Notes: generated by a model from the letters alone, not told the origin. A stretch of DNA of 64,000 nt from the human T2T-CHM13v2.0 reference genome, Homo sapiens (GCF_009914755.1 NC_060943.1); one strand, 5' to 3'; counted from the first letter of the stretch, positions 18,719 to 36,530 are shown. A program made the numbers and translations.

Positions 18719-19038
18719 GGCCAGGTGCACTGGCTCACACCTGTAATTTCAGCACTTTAGGAGGCCGAGGTGGGCGGATCTCCTGAGGTCAGGAGTTTGA
18801 GACTAGCCTGGCCAACATGGTGAAACCCTGTCTCTACTAAAAATACTAAATAGCCAAGCGTGGTGGTGCATGCCTGTAATCCTAGCTACCTAGGAGGCTG
18901 AGGCAGGAGAATTGCTTGAACCCAGGAGGCGGAGGTTGCAGTGAGCCAAGATCACACCATTGCACTCCAGCCTGGGCGACAGAGCAAGACTCTATCTAAA
19001 AGCAAAACAAAACACAACAAAAAAAAAACAAAAAAAAC
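18719..19038 (+). mobile_element. AluS in ERV leader
   Basis: Sense dimer. Confidence 0.9.
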
Positions 19039-19699
19039 CAGACCCCAACTCTGTCCTTTTATTTTGAGGCTCTCACACTCCATTTTAAAATCAAATAAAA
19101 CCAGAAATACCAGGTGTCCTATGGCCAGCTGTACCTTTAGGGTGAGCTGCCATTCTCAAGTCTCACATGACAGACTTGCTGGGGAGAACATAATGAATTC
19201 CCCAGTGCCCTCAGGTTGCTGCGAATGTTGGCTATTTTTCAAACTGCTTTTCATTTATGGAGGACCTAGCCATCACATGGGGCTGGAAGAGGTCCTAAAG
19301 TAATTGAGGATTTCTTTTCTGGGCCACACCCTGGTTTTACCTGAAGGCGTCTGGACCGATCCCAGCCTCTGACTGCTCGACTGGATGTTGGCAACAGGAT
19401 TTCCAAGCTTTCCCTATCACAATTTTTCTCCCTTTCCTATCTGTGACCACCATGTCTTCTAGCCTCTTTTCGTACGTAATGCCGCAGGAATTTTTACAGT
19501 TCAAGGAAGTAATCCTGTTAGGCAAGATCAGAAAATACCAATAGTAACTGGAAATATAGCTCACAGGGTTGCTGGTTTTGTGAATTTTTTAGGAGCAGAG
19601 CGTCCCACCACAGTCAAAACCACTGTCTTTCTCTCCACCTTGGGCCACTTCAAGGGAAAGGAAGGAGACTAAAAGGGTGCCTTTCTCTCACTTTTCTTT

Positions 19700-20710
19700 C
19701 TAGGTGGGTAACAAGCCATCTTTGGTCTGCACTCCTCTTGAGTGCATTCAGAAGCATTGGCACTCCTGTAACCCCATGAGTTTGGGGAAAAAAAAAGTGG
19801 CTTATTGCACAAGGGCCTGACATTTTTACTAGACCTTTGCAAGCACTGCAAAATCAACCCAGCTATTAGCAGTCATATCAAGCAGGTCTATAGGAATGAT
19901 TCTCCAAAATTAGAGAAGCAACTTCCAGGAGAACCATCTGAGGGATCCCCCTTATTCAGGATCCACTCAAGTTCCCATGTCATGACAGAACCTTAGTCAA
20001 AAAAGAAAATAGTGAATGAAAAAATAGGAGAAACATTATTCTCAATTGAAAGAGAGACAGTACCTCTTGAGAATCCTGATTGGAACCCCAATGATGCCAC
20101 AGATAAATGGAAAATCAAACACTTTTTAATGTGCGTATTGAAGGGCCTATGGAGAACTAAGGCCAATCCTCTTAGTTACTCTAAACTGTCCATGATAGAC
20201 CAGAAGCTAGATAAGAATCCTGCAGCCTTTATGAAAAGGCTGAGAGAGGCTCTAATAAAACACACCTCCTTATCCCCTGATTCAGTTAAGGGACAGCTAA
20301 TCCTAAAGAACAAGTTTATTACACCGGCACCTCCTGATATTAGAAGAAAACTGCAGAAGCAGGATATAGGAGCAGACAGCACCTTGGAGAACCTCCTGAG
20401 GGTGGCCAACTTAGTCTTTTATAATAGAGACCAGAAGGAGGCCCCCTAAAAAGAAAGAGAGCACAAAAGAAGGACAAACCTTTAGTAGCTGCTTTGCATG
20501 CTTGCAAAGTCCAGGATCCCGAAGGTGCCTTCACTAATTGCTACCCACGTGGCAAGCCAGGGCACTTTGAGAAGGGGTGCCCAGGCACCAAGAGGAATCC
20601 ACCTCAACCCTGTCGAGCCTGTGGCATGGTCCACTGGAATCAAACTGCCCCCAGAGGTGGAGGTCATCAGCTTCAGAACCAGTCTCACAGATGGTCCAGA
20701 AGGACTTATG
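19700..20710 (+). pseudogene. gag: ERV gag remnant, copy 1 (HUERS-P3/HERV9-related)
   Basis: ORF 20012-20449 has the capsid major homology region QKLDKNPAAFMKRLREAL and KFITPAPPDIRRKLQK; decayed zinc knuckle CYPRGKPGHFEKGC; stops and frameshifts. Confidence 0.88.
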
Positions 20711-22276
<1,566 letters not shown>

Positions 22277-22284
22277 AGGGTCTT

Positions 22285-22612
22285 TCTTTTCATGGGCTAT
22301 GTAATTGGCACACTTAGTCAAACCAATCCCCTGTAAATCAATCATCACCTATGTAAATCAATCACTGCCTCCTCAAGCCACTGTAAAAAATCAATCATGT
22401 TCTGCTGCAAATCAAAGACCCTCTCTTGGGCAACGCACATTCTCAGAATGAGGAAGCTTTTCTTCTCTCTCTTCTTTCTATTAAACTTTCTGCTTCTAAA
22501 CCCACTGCTTGTGTGTGTTTGTGTCCCGAATTCTTTTTCAGTGCAAGACAAAGAACCATGGGTAGATGCCCAGACAACAAAGACATTTCATTTGGGGGTT
22601 CTCATCTGGGAT
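22285..22612 (+). mobile_element. Second, 5'-truncated ERV1 LTR plus degenerate Pro PBS
   Basis: Aligns to the 3' half of the 18035 LTR; ends ...acatttca at 22590, then tgggggttctcatctgggat. Confidence 0.75.
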
Positions 22613-24726
22613 CAGGATCAGAACAGAAGATAGAAACATCAGATTGGTGAGTATGGAGTGAACCTCAAATCTGTCTTTTAATCTCAAGGCTTCCTTCAAA
22701 CCAGTTTTATTCGCAGAGGTCCTAACCATCATGTGAGGCTGGGAGAAGTCTGATGCAACTGAGGATTACTGTCCAGGGCACACCGTGGCATTATTCAAAG
22801 GCTTCTGGACTGAACCCAGCCTCTGACAGCCTGTCTGAGTGTTGGTAAAGGATCTTCAGCTATCCTGTCATAAAATTTTCCTTTCTTTCTATCTGGTGTC
22901 ACTATGTGTCCTATTCTCTCTGTGTGTGCAATGTGCAGGAAGTTTTACAGTTCAGAGAAACACTTCTGTTAGGAAAGATTGGCAAACGCCTCAGGCAGTA
23001 ACTCAATAAGCATCTCTAACGTTCCTCTAGTGAGCACATGGTATTTCTAAGCCAACAGTGCCACCTAGTGAAAAATAGAAATTCTCTTCGTGAGACACAT
23101 TGTCAGTCCTTTACCATAACACTGCAGTTTCCTATTTTTTGTGCTGCTAGAAAAGCCCCTTCTGTGAATGGGAGAGCTCTGCCTTCAACAATTAGGAGTA
23201 AAACATTCTCCATAGCCAAATTTTAGTTCTGATACTGTCCCATTAGCAGGAAAAATCATCGTTAGGTCCCTACCTTCATTTAAGGCACCTAGTCTGTCTC
23301 CAATTAGAACAGTACTTAATTAGTAAGGAGAATTTTAAGTTTATAAGTTAAGCAGAAACACTTTTCTAAGGGTGAATGTTTTATCATGAGCCATAATAGC
23401 AGGCAATCTAGCAATTTTTTTTGTTAAAGAAACCTTGCCCAAAGGCCGACTATTACAGTCTCTGTGAAGATTCATTTTTTGGGGAGCCAGGAAGATCACA
23501 CAAGTTTAGAAAGTAAAAGGGGATCACAGGTGGATAAGCTAGGGTTGCATTGCTAAAGTATGGTTAATCCCATCACTTAGTTCATCTGGTTCCATGGTTT
23601 GGAAAGACACACCTACAACCATGGGCAGCACATTTAACACGATGCTGGGACCCAGGAAACAAGAAAAGAGAATGGTTGGGGAGACACTCACACTGTCTTC
23701 CCCTCCAACCTGGGTCACAATGAAAGCAGGAAAACTAAAACGATGTTTTTATCCTCACTTTTTCTAGATGAGCAACAGACCATCTTCAGCTTGCACCCCT
23801 CTGGAGTGCACTGTGAAACACTAGAACTTCTTTAACCTCAGGACTTTGAAGAGAAAAGCAATTCATTTTCTTTTGCACTAGGGCATGGCATTTTTACTGA
23901 ACCTTTGCAAGCCTTGTAAAATCAACCCCGCTATTTTAACAGGCATATCAGGCAGGACTATAGAGAACAATCCTCCAGAATTAGAAAAGCAACTTCCAGG
24001 GGAACCATCTGAGAACTCCCCTTATTTGGGGCCACCTCAAGTTCTCTTCTTATTACGAGACCCTAGGGAAGTAAAGGAAGACTTAGGCCAATTTTCTGAC
24101 AACTCCAATACGTTTATAGAAGGTTTTCAGAATTTAACTCAAGTGTATCACCTCACATGAAAGGATGTTATGCTGCTTCTAAACCAAACCCCAACCACAG
24201 CTGAAAAGCAGGCAGTTCTGCAGGCAGCAGAGATTTTCAGAAATGAGCAACAAATCTCCTATAATACATCAAAAGGGAAGAAAGGAGATAGGGAATGTGA
24301 AGAAATAGCAGAAACACCATTTCAAATAGGAAGTGAAGCAGTTCCTCTTGACAACCCTGACTGGAACTCCAGTAGCTCTGCGGGTGAATGGAAAAGGAGA
24401 CACTTTTTAATATGCATTTTAGAAGGTCTGGAAAGAACTAAGGCCAAATTTCTTAATTGTTCTAAACTGTCTATGGTAGACCAAAAGCCAGATGAGAATC
24501 CTGCAGCATTTATGGAAAGGCTGAGAGAGGCACTAATAGAGCAAACCTCCTTATCCCCAGATTCGGTCGAGAAACAGCTCATTCTAAAGGACAAGTTTGT
24601 TACACAGTCAGCTTCCAATATTAGAAGAAAACTACAGAAGCAAGCTATAGGACCAATTAGCACCTTAAAGAACCTCCTGAAGGTGGCCACTTTGGTCTTT
24701 TATAATAGAAACCAAGAGGAGGACCC
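22613..24726 (+). pseudogene. gag: Second ERV leader and gag remnant, copy 2
   Basis: ORFs 23885-24160 and 24170-24796: [44 protein letters not shown]. Confidence 0.9.
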
Positions 24727-24948
<222 letters not shown>

Positions 24949-24999
24949 CTATTCTGTCTATCAAAGTGGGAGCTGCAAGTTAGTCTTGCCTTCTAGTCA

Positions 25000-26082
25000 C
25001 CACTTTCCGTCTCTCTCAAAGGTGGTCTTTTAACTTAGCTACTGTTTCTTAGCTATAATTTCTGAGTTCGAGGTGGAGCCCATTAAGAAATATTCTATAT
25101 GCCTGGACTCAGTATGGATAAATCTTTAAAAGGGCAAGCCTACTTTACCTAAGCGTCTACTTCTACAAATAACTTATTTAAGATATATATATATATATAT
25201 ATTTTTTTTTACCTTCAAGGTGGGATAATGACTAAGAAAAAGGTTGGCAGATTGATTTAATTTTTAGTAAGCATTTAGTCTTTTATTTACCTTTTACGAA
25301 GATTATCTTTTAAAAAACAATAAATATATTAAAAATATATTAAAAATATTAAAATCTTTTTAGAAGCTGCTGCACATCAGCAGTCAAGCCTAGATGAGGC
25401 TAACTAGGGAGACTTCCTTTTCAAATGCATGTGCTAAAGTGCAGTGTTGTTTATTTGGAATACCCCATTGTAATTTTAAATTATCTTTAGTAAAATTTTC
25501 CCATTTCTGTGTTTGCTGCTACAAGGGCCTAATACATATGCATGTAAATGTAGGCATACCTGGAAGATAAATTACTCAGTTCTTAAAAAATTAAGCGTTC
25601 CATTCTTATCTTGAAACTTTCTTTGGCTGATATCATTCTGATAAACTTAGCCAATGATTCTTTTCTGCCTAAAAAAACACAAGAATAAGAAACCAAGGGG
25701 ATAAAACACAACAATATCTGCCAATTTACAGATGTCAAAGTTTACACTCCTTGCATTATTGCCATTTACTACCGATTTCTACCTGACCCAGCGAGATGTC
25801 ATAGACCTCTAACTGAATCCAAGCCAGTTAATTATCAGATCCAACCTGATCCTGGATCCAGTCCAGTTTCTGTCCTGTCTTCTTAATCCAATTTGAATTC
25901 TAAATTCGCTAAAACTCAGAGAGTTCAAAACACAAATCCATGACACTTTGGAATCCAAGAAAGAACTTACCATGCCCCCTAGTTGCTGCAAGACAGCAAC
26001 GAACACAATAAGCCATTGTTTGGTCACTTGGTGTTCCTGGGGGTTGCTAGAGGCTACTTCAGATTTTGCTTCTAGTTCAATC
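25000..26082 (-). mobile_element. MER4-group ERV internal leader (MER57-int-like)
   Basis: ctaactgaatccaagccagttaattatcagatccaa... typical MER4-group leader, abutting the MER57 LTR. Confidence 0.6.
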
Positions 26083-27028
26083 TGTTAAAAAAGCCTTAAA
26101 CAGAATATATATATATATTTGAGATGGAGTTTCATTCTTGTCCTCCAGGCTGTAGTGCAATGATGCATTCTTGGCTCACTGCAACCTTCGCTTCTCGGGT
26201 TCAAGCAATTCTCCTACCTCAGTCTCCCAAGTAGCTGGGATTACAGGCACCCACCACCACGCCTGGCTATTTGTGTGTGTTTGTGTATTTTTAGTAGACA
26301 CAGGGTTTCACCATGTTGGCCAGGCTGGTCTCGAACTGTTGACCTCAGGTGATCCACCCGCCTTGGCCTCCCAAAGTGCTGTGATTACAGGCGTGAGCTA
26401 CCGTGCCCAGCCAAACAAAATAAATTTAACAGAGTTTAATCAAGCAAAAAATTATTCACTAATTTGCAGTCTGGTGAGCCAGAGTAGGCTCAGAGAAATT
26501 CCCAAGCAGTCACACTGTTGGAGGCATTTAAACTAGAACAATTTCACTATGAATAGGGGATGGATAAAATAACGCTGAGACCTGTTGGGCTGCATTCAGA
26601 AAAAGTTAGGCATTCTTAGTCGTAGGATGAGATAGGAGTTCAATAGGATTGGTATCACAAAATACAGGTTATAAAGACCCAATTGATAAAACAGAATGCA
26701 ATAAAAAAGCCAGACAAAATCCATAAAATTCAAGATGGTAATGAAAGTGACCTGTGGTCATCCTCCTTGCTGATTATACATTGATTGTAATGCATTAGCA
26801 TGTTAGAAGAAACTCCCACTGGTGCCATGATAGTTTACAAATGCCATGGAAATGTCCAGAAGTTAAACTACATAGTCTAAAAGGGGGAAGAACTGTCAGT
26901 TCTGGAAATTGCTCACTCCAGTCATGGAAAATTCATAAATATTTCACCCCTTGTTTAGCATATAATCAATAAATAACTATAAGTATACTCAATCAAGCAG
27001 CCCATGCCATTTTTCTATCTATAGGTAG

Positions 27029-27397
<369 letters not shown>

Positions 27398-27463
27398 GAC
27401 TCACCCTAAATTATTTTATGTGTGAGATTCAAGAACCCTCTCTTGAGGTTTGGATTGTGATCC

Positions 27464-27937
27464 TGTTGCGGGACGCAGAGGACTAGAGAGACTAGTATGG
27501 GTGAATAAAGGAGGATATTTATTTTAAGGTACGCACTGGCTCAGTGGATTCACATCTAAAAAGCTGAGACTTGAACAAAGACAGAGTGGGGTTTTTATAA
27601 GTGGGCTTACAAAAGCAAAACAAAAGCAGTTAATCATATAGTGCATAACCTGTGGCCTTGCATAGCTGGTGGCCTTGTAGCTGCATCAAAAGAAAAACAA
27701 GAACTGGCTAAATACAGACATTTATAAAACATAGTCATGCTTAAGAGGCAAAGGAAAGGAGTAACAATAAATGAATTTGTCTTTTTGTTTTTCTTCAACC
27801 TTGCTCTGGAGTGGGGGAGTTTCTGGAGTCTATTCCTTGGCCTTGGCTTTTTGGATAGCGTTATCTTATAACCGTCCTTGAAGTGAGCTGCTAGGCAGAG
27901 GAAAACTAGTTTCTTTTTCTTTTTAACCCTTACTACA
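27464..27937 (-). mobile_element. Solo LTR, LTR3/LTR22-like (ERVK HML group)
   Basis: tgttgcggg...ttactaca ends, ATCC direct repeat on both sides, minus-strand AATAAA and TATAAA; family recalled, not verified. Confidence 0.7.
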
Positions 27938-28559
27938 ATCCCTTTCTGGTCACAAAATAATGGAAGAATATTTATACACAGATAAAAAACCTGAAGTACA
28001 GGAAAGAAAAGTGAGTTACAGAAAGAGCTGGATTAATTAGAGCTTGGCATTTGCTTTATTTAGACATGAATTAGAGAGTTGGCCTCTTTTGATTGGCCAA
28101 AATTTGATAACTGACACAAAACTCAGTTACACTTTATTTACACTTTCAGTTGGGTTTCAGTTTACCATCTATGAAGAAACCCTCAGGCTCAATTCAAAAC
28201 ACATAAAAAGGCAGCTTTAGGTTAAACTTTATTTAACAAAACAGATTTAATATGTCTGCAAATGCTTTTCATCTCTTTTTGATATTTGGAGACTATTCAT
28301 GATTTTCAACACTGACTAAAACTACTGTGCCTGAAACAAACTCTAACCTTGATATCATGTGACTTATAGATAAATCTGCTAAAAAGATATTTTATTCTGC
28401 TGAAATTTAGAAAAATAGCTGAGTACATCTTGAAGTTGTCTTTTGAGTTTTAAAGGAGCAGAGCTGCTTTTTAATATTCTAAAGTCAGAAGCAGCCATGA
28501 GGCAATTCTCAGCAGCACACATGAAAATCACACACAGTGAATGCATCTTTCACTCTGAA

Positions 28560-28740
28560 CCAATTGTTTTCTCCCCAGTCTGCGTGTAAAAATCACCTGG
28601 GGGAGGCGCTTTAAAAATCTTCCCAATTCAAATTGATACACCCCAATTAAATCAGAATTCCTGGAGTGGAACCTGGGCAACAGTGTTGTTTAAATATCTC
28701 AAGGTGACGACAGAGTACAGCCAAGCTCAAAGCCACTGCT
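28560..28740. mobile_element. MER5-type hAT DNA transposon fossil
   Basis: aatcacctgggg...aattaaatcagaattcctggagtggaacctgggca...ccactgct. Confidence 0.65.
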
Positions 28741-28812
28741 TTAAACCAACACTTTTTAGATTACCTACTTGCCAATTAATTCTCAAATAAATAAAAAATT
28801 GTTTGCCACTAA

Positions 28813-29377
<565 letters not shown>

Positions 29378-29647
29378 CGGTTAGAGCTTTAATACTCCCT
29401 CTGAATATTAACATCTGTATGATTATGTCCTGAGTGAGTGTGTTCCACCAGAAAACAAATAAACAAAAAACAAAATCCTGCCATTATTCTGAGATACTCA
29501 GTTAGCATTTTTGTACAAATATGTACTATTTAATTTTTTTATTAATATGTAACATGCATACAGAAATACATGCACAAAGCATTTATTCATGCAAAACTCA
29601 ATAAATTGTTACAAAAAATACACTTGTGTAATAAAAAAATAAAACTA

Positions 29648-29948
29648 GGCCTGGTGCAGTGTGTCACTCCTGTAATCTTTGTATTTTGGAAGGCCGAGGC
29701 CTGCAGATCGCTTGAACTCAGGAGTTTAAGACCAGCCTGGGCACCGTGGTGACACCCTGTCTCTTCTAAAATAAAATACCAAAAAACAACCAGGCATGGT
29801 TGTGCACACTTATGGTCCTAGCTCCTCGGGAAGCTGAGGTGGGAGGATCATTTGAACCTGAGGGGTGGGGGTTGCAGTGAGCCAAGATCACACCCCTGCA
29901 CTTTATCCTGGGTGAAAGAGTGAGACCCTGTCTCAAAATAAAATAAAA
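29648..29948 (+). mobile_element. AluJ
   Basis: gcttgaactcagg, gggaggatca; TSD aaaataaaactag. Confidence 0.85.
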
Positions 29949-31537
29949 CTAGCCTCATCCATGCCCCAACAATTGCTTTATCCTTTCTTCTCCAACAATA
30001 GCCATAATCAGAGCTAACATTATAGATTAATTTTGTTATTATTATAGAAAATTTTTAACATGTGCAAAACAAACAAAACACATATTGTTGAGGCTTGTCA
30101 ATAGACTTGTCATGAAGCCTCAACAACTAATCTTGTGCCATTCTGGTGTCATCCACCCTTCTCTACTTCAGTCAGCCCTGGTCAACCCATTGGCCACCCT
30201 CCATTATTTTCTTTAGGTTTTTTTTTTTTTTTTTTTTTTGGTGAGGTCGAGTGTACATACATTGAAAGGCACAAATCCTAACTGAAACATTTTGACAGAT
30301 AAATACACTCATATAACCTTTATATCTTTTAAGAATGAACTGAATATTGTTCTATTCTAGTGATAGAGCATAAAATGGAATGATGAATTATTTTTCATTC
30401 TCAGATAATTCCTTCAGGCCTTTCTTTCAGACAATTTTGTTGTCACAAGAGGCTATTTTCTTGGTGATTTTTTTTTTTAACCATTGGTTCATTTTGCCTG
30501 ACATCATACAATATGTACTATTTTATTTTAAACTTGTCTCATTTAGCAGGTTTATGGGATTCATCCAGGATGTTTGCTTCAGTAGTTTGTTTCTTTCTAT
30601 GACTGTTCTCTTGTGTGAATGAGTTACAAGTTTTCCATCCATTTCCTAGAGATGGACATTTGGGTTTTTTTCCTGCTTTAAGCTATTATGACTAAAAGGT
30701 TTATAAACATTATCGTACAAATACTTTTTACTATATAATTTTATTCCTTTATTAGCATAGCATTTAAGTGACACCTCTTTACTTTTTTTAATGGTTTCTC
30801 CGGGTATTACAATATGCATCTTTAACATATCACAATCTACTTAAATACTGTACTATTTTAATAAATGTAAAATATGAAGGCCCTGCTGTTAAAAAGTTTG
30901 AAGTACCTCCTTCTATTTTTTGTGCTATTTATAAATTTTATGTCTATGCATTATATATGTCACAATACTGGTTTATGACATTTGTTAAATAGTCATAAGT
31001 CTTATAAAGAAATTAAGAGAAAATGATGTTCATAAATATTTAGAGGCAAATATTTTGAGGCTATGTAAATACACTGTTTCTCTTTTAAATTTACCCACAA
31101 TTTTTGCATTCTTCAGTACGTGGTGTCTACAGTAATTATTATTGTGGTGTCCTAGTTGTGATTTTCTATTTTGCATTATCCATCTACATTAATTAGTACT
31201 TGGAATTCTATAAAAAAGATTTTCTTCCTATCTCTATTTATTTCTATTTATTTTTTCTAGATCTGTATGGACTTATGAATATTTCTTTTATTCTCAGCTT
31301 TATAATCCAATCCTATTATTATTTATTTTGTTTCTCATGTTGTTCCAGCTTGGGCTGCTTGAAAGTCTTTCAGGTTGACTTCCTCTGACATGTCTTCTTC
31401 TGTTGTTCATAAAGCACTTTTTTAACTTTCTGGCTTCACAAGATACTCTACCCTAACTTGAATGTTCCACTCCACTGCTAGAATTATCTAATTTTATGAA
31501 CAGTCTTGCTTCCTTTTATTAAAGAATAGTGCTTAGA

Positions 31538-31840
31538 GGCCGGGCGCGGTGGCTCACGCCTGTAATCCCAGCACTTTGGGAGGCCGAGGCAGGCGGATCA
31601 CGAGGTCAGGAGATCGAGACCATCCTGGCTAACACGGTGAAACCCCGTCTCTACTAAAAATACAAAAAATTAGCCGGGCGTAGTGGTGGGTGCCTGTAGT
31701 CCCAGCTACTCAGAAGGCTGAGGCAGAATGGCGTGAACCCGGAGGCAGAGCTTGCAGTGAGCCAAGATCGTGCCACTGCACTCCAGCCCGGGTGACAGAG
31801 CGAGACTCTGTCTGAAAAAAAAAAAAATTAAAAAAAAAAA
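31538..31840 (+). mobile_element. AluY
   Basis: Near-consensus; 17-bp TSD aaagaatagtgcttaga. Confidence 0.95.
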
Positions 31841-32310
31841 AAAGAATAGTGCTTAGAAACCATGATATGAGAGCTAGGTGTGCTCAGTAATACTGGGATG
31901 TCACTGCTTCTGAAACCTCTCAGCAAACAGAGTTTGAAAATTTACATATTAATATAGATTCATGTAGGAACACCTCTCCTTTCTCTCTCTCTCTCTCTCT
32001 CTCTGTCTCAATTGATATATTATGAGACATGCATTTGTCTAAATATTCCCAAATCTGGTCCAGCACCACAGGGTTTGTTCTAGAATTCTCCCCCGCTTTT
32101 TTTTTTAACTTCAGAGGAAAGCAGGCAGTAATGACCTTATGTATAGTGTGTGTTTACACACACACAAAGACACATACACACACACACTAACAGAAAGAGT
32201 AGTTTTAAAAATTGCTAATCTTTATTCTTATAAACAAACAGTACTAACCAGAATACAGTGTTTGTGTTCAGTTCTTCAGTCTTGCAGTATTCAATTAAAA
32301 CAGTTTTTCA

Positions 32311-32454
32311 TTTTATTATTATTATTATTATTATTATAATTTAAGTTTTAGGGTACATGTGCACAATGCGCAGGTTAGTTACATATGTATACATGTGCCA
32401 TGCTGGTGTGCTGCACCCATTAACTTGTCATTTAGCATTAGGTATATCCCCTAA
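32311..32454 (-). mobile_element. Young L1PA 3' end, heavily 5'-truncated
   Basis: ttaagttttagggtacatgtgcac...ttagcattaggtatatc; (TTA)n tail; imperfect TSD aaaca(ct)gtttttca. Confidence 0.9.
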
Positions 32455-32805
32455 AACACTGTTTTTCAAAGTGATATACATCAAGACCTTTCATTCCAAT
32501 CTTCTGAAATAGTGTTAGGTTAGATAATACATTTTTAGTAAGGCTAAATTCTATTTTTTACTGCCTGCATTTTATCAGAATTTCCTCAAAATCACGGTTT
32601 CTTTTTTAATTTCCTGAAAGGAAAATTTATTCTTTGTGATGTACAGTTCCACGAAGTTTGACAACCGTCTAGAGTCATGTCCTCGTCTCCACAGTACCAC
32701 ACAGAACTCTTTATTACCCTCAAAATCATCTAATGCTTCCCATTCGTAGTTAACTTCTACCTTCATCTATTCTTTGGCAACCAGTGATTATGGTTTAGTT
32801 GTTGT

Positions 32806-32900
32806 CTTCCTCCTCCTCCCCCTCCCCCCTCCTCCTCCTCTTCCTCCTCCTCCTCTTCCTTCCTTCCTTCTTTCTTTGTCTCCTCCTCCTCCTCCTCCTG
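32806..32900. repeat. (CCT)n-rich polypyrimidine tract on an Alu monomer (to ~33010)
   Basis: Direct reading. Confidence 0.85.
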
Positions 32901-33693
32901 TAGGGAGGTCTTGCTATGTTTCCAGGCTGGTCTCAAAATCCTGGGCTCAAACAATCCTCTCACCTCAGCCCCACAAAGTGCTGAGATTACAGACTTGAGC
33001 CATCAAGACTGCACTGATTATCAATGCCTTTAATTTCTTTTTCTACAACGCCATAAAATTGAATCATATAATATGTAGCCTTTTGGATCCTCCTTTCTTC
33101 ACTTAAAGAAATGCATTTCTGACTCCTTCATACTGTGATGTGAATCAATAGTTTCTTTCTGTTGACAACTGGGATTCTATTGTATGGATAACCCACAGTT
33201 TGTTTAATCATTCACCTGCAGAAAAGTATCTGGTTTACATCTAGCTTTTTGCAATTACAAATAAAGTAGACAATAAACATCCACAAAAAGGTTTTCACTT
33301 TAACATTAGTTTTCTCTTTGCTTTAGTAATGACCTAGGAGTGGAATATTTTGGTAACCTAATAAGTGTATGTTTAACTTTATAATAAACCACTGAACCGT
33401 TTTTCAAAGTTATTGCAGGAGTTTATATTTCTAGTTCTAGTTGCTCCAAGTCCTCGCCAGGTCTAAGTCTTTGTAATTTTTCTCTGCATGGTTGTCATTC
33501 TCATGATTGTGTGCTATTTCATTGTGGCTTATGCTTTATTTTTTTCCATTAATATTGGGAAGCCCAAAATATATAATCAATGTAGGAAGAAATGTATAGA
33601 ATAACTTGGTATAAGCCTTGGATTCTGGAAACTGACTTCTAGAAATCTGCTATGCAATTAGCGCTTTGCAAACATTAAACAAATACTTTATAG

Positions 33694-34360
<667 letters not shown>

Positions 34361-34964
34361 CTAACTGCAGCCTCCACTTTCCAGGCTCGCCCAGGTGATC
34401 CTCCCATCTCGGCCTCCCAAGTACCTGGGACTACAGGGATCTTCTTCCTCTGTTTTTTGTTTTTTGTTAATTTGCTTGTTTTTTTTGACGGTTTCCATTT
34501 CATTTCCACAGTACTTTGAGTTGCTGTTTTATTTTTTGTTGTTGTTATTTTCTCTCTCTTTTTAAAATTTCTTACGCTCTTTGCACACTGAAGTTGCTAT
34601 TGTTTTAGATTTACTTTTTTTTTTTTTTTTTTTTGGAGTCAGGTCTTCTCACTCTGTCACCCAGACTGGAGTGCGGGTTCGTGATCACTGCTCACTGCAG
34701 CTTTGACCTCCCTAATTGGGACTTACAGAGATTGCCCTCCAGCCTGGGTGATGGAGACCCTGTCTGAAAAAGAGAAACAGGGACAGAGACCAGTTAAAAA
34801 CACACACATACACACACATTTTTTAAAAATTAAGTACAATTAATTGTTATCTTGATTACCTTTTACTTCTGTTCACTCCCACTTATTTTATTGTTATTAT
34901 TGTTTGGAATAATTTTTGTTATTGTTTGTTATTGTTAGTTTATTTACTTAATTATTATTATTAT

Positions 34965-35275
34965 TTTGAAACAGGGCCTCATTCTGTCACCTAGGCTGCA
35001 GTACAGTGGTACAATCTTGGCCCACTGTGGCCTTAAACTTTTGGGCTCAAGCCATCTTCCCGGCTTAGCCTCCCTGCAAGTAGCAGGAACTACAGGCATG
35101 TGCCACCACGCCTGGCTAATTTGTGTTTTATTTATTTATTTATTTATTGTAGAAATGAGGTTCCACCGTGTTGCCCAGGCTGGTCTAGGCTAGTCTCAAA
35201 GTCCTGAACTCAAGTGATCCATCCACCTTGGCCTCCCGAAGTGCTGGGATTACAAACATGAACCACCATGCCTTG

Positions 35276-35311
<36 letters not shown>

Positions 35312-35775
35312 GTATCTATCTATCTATCATCTATCTATCTATCATCTATCTGTCTTTTTAGTAGACATGTGGTCTCCCTATGTTGTTCAGGCTCTGGTCA
35401 AATATATTTTTTAACTTTAATTATTATTATTATTATTTTTTAATAGAGATGTTGTCTCACCAAGCTGCCCAGGAGAATCTCAAACTCCTGGGCTCAAGCT
35501 ATCCTCCCACCTTGGCCTCCCAAAGTGCTGAGATATAGCCATGAACCACCACACTCTGCTCTATCTACCTATCTATTCCTTTAGCAGAGACACGGTCTCA
35601 CTATGTTGTCCAGGCTCTGGTTATATATATTTCTTTTTAAATTTCAATTATTATTATTATTTTAATAGAGATGGGGTCTCGCCACCTATCCCAGTATGGT
35701 CTCGAACTCATGGGCTCAAGTGATCTTCCCCCCTTGGTCTCCCAAACTCCTGGGATTACAAGCATGAGCCACCTG
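34965..35775 (-). mobile_element. AluJ plus Alu monomer fragments with (CTAT)n at 35277-35350
   Basis: J-type arms and GATA tetranucleotide array. Confidence 0.8.
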
Positions 35776-36214
35776 GTTATATTTTTGATGTGTTGATTCT
35801 TTGCAGTTTGTGTTCCAGTCCAGATGCATAGTGATAGTACAGGGATTGAAAACAAAAATTTTGACACAGATCAATCTCACGAACTTACCTTCCTTTCTAG
35901 TAGCTCCTAATCAAGTGAAGTGCTCCTAATCTCTGGTGGTTTTAAATATTGTAGGAAGCATTGCCCTATTTTACTCTGCACTGAAGATTTTTTCTAGTTC
36001 TGGAATACAGATAAATCTAGACGTCTGTTCTTGATCAATCACAAGAAAATCAATAAACCTTTTTCCTTATTCTACTTCCCTTTCTTGAAAGGGAGGGCCT
36101 TGATTTGCGTTGCTGCCTGTAGACAGCTATTTGTCTAATTTTTGTTGAAACTGGGAGAAGACTGAGCCTGACAAGGCTGCAGGGCTGTGAGGCCCTGCCC
36201 CTCAACTAAAAAAA

Positions 36215-36530
36215 ATATTTAGGGGTACATATGCTTGTTTGTTAAATGAGCATACTGCATTCTGCTGGGGAGTGGGTTCCAGTGCATCCAGTACCCACAT
36301 AGCAAATGTTGTATCTGATAGGTGATTTTTCATCCCTCATCCCCCTCCCACCCTCCTCCCTTTTGGAGTCCCTGAGTGTGTATGCGCTGTTTAGCTCCGA
36401 CTAATAAGTGAGAACATGAAGTATTTGCTTTTCTACGTTGGAGTTAGTTCACTGAGTGTAATGGTCTCCAGCTCCATCCATGTTGCTGTAAAAGACACGA
36501 AATCATTCCTTATGGCTGCACCATTGGATA
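36215..36530 (-). mobile_element. L1PA/PB 3' fragment
   Basis: gtttagctccgactaataagtgagaacatg, ctccagctccatccatgttgctg. Confidence 0.8.

Larger units (their letters stand above)
29530..33530 (-). mobile_element. Mosaic of old L1M (L1MC/ME-like) 3' fragments
   Basis: gatggacatttggg, ttgcaattacaaataaag, gtgtatgtttaactttataa. Confidence 0.6.

Noticed and set aside
22285-22590. 3' LTR closing the first provirus
   Set aside because: It is 5'-truncated, has no preceding env or polypurine tract, and is followed by a PBS and a new gag
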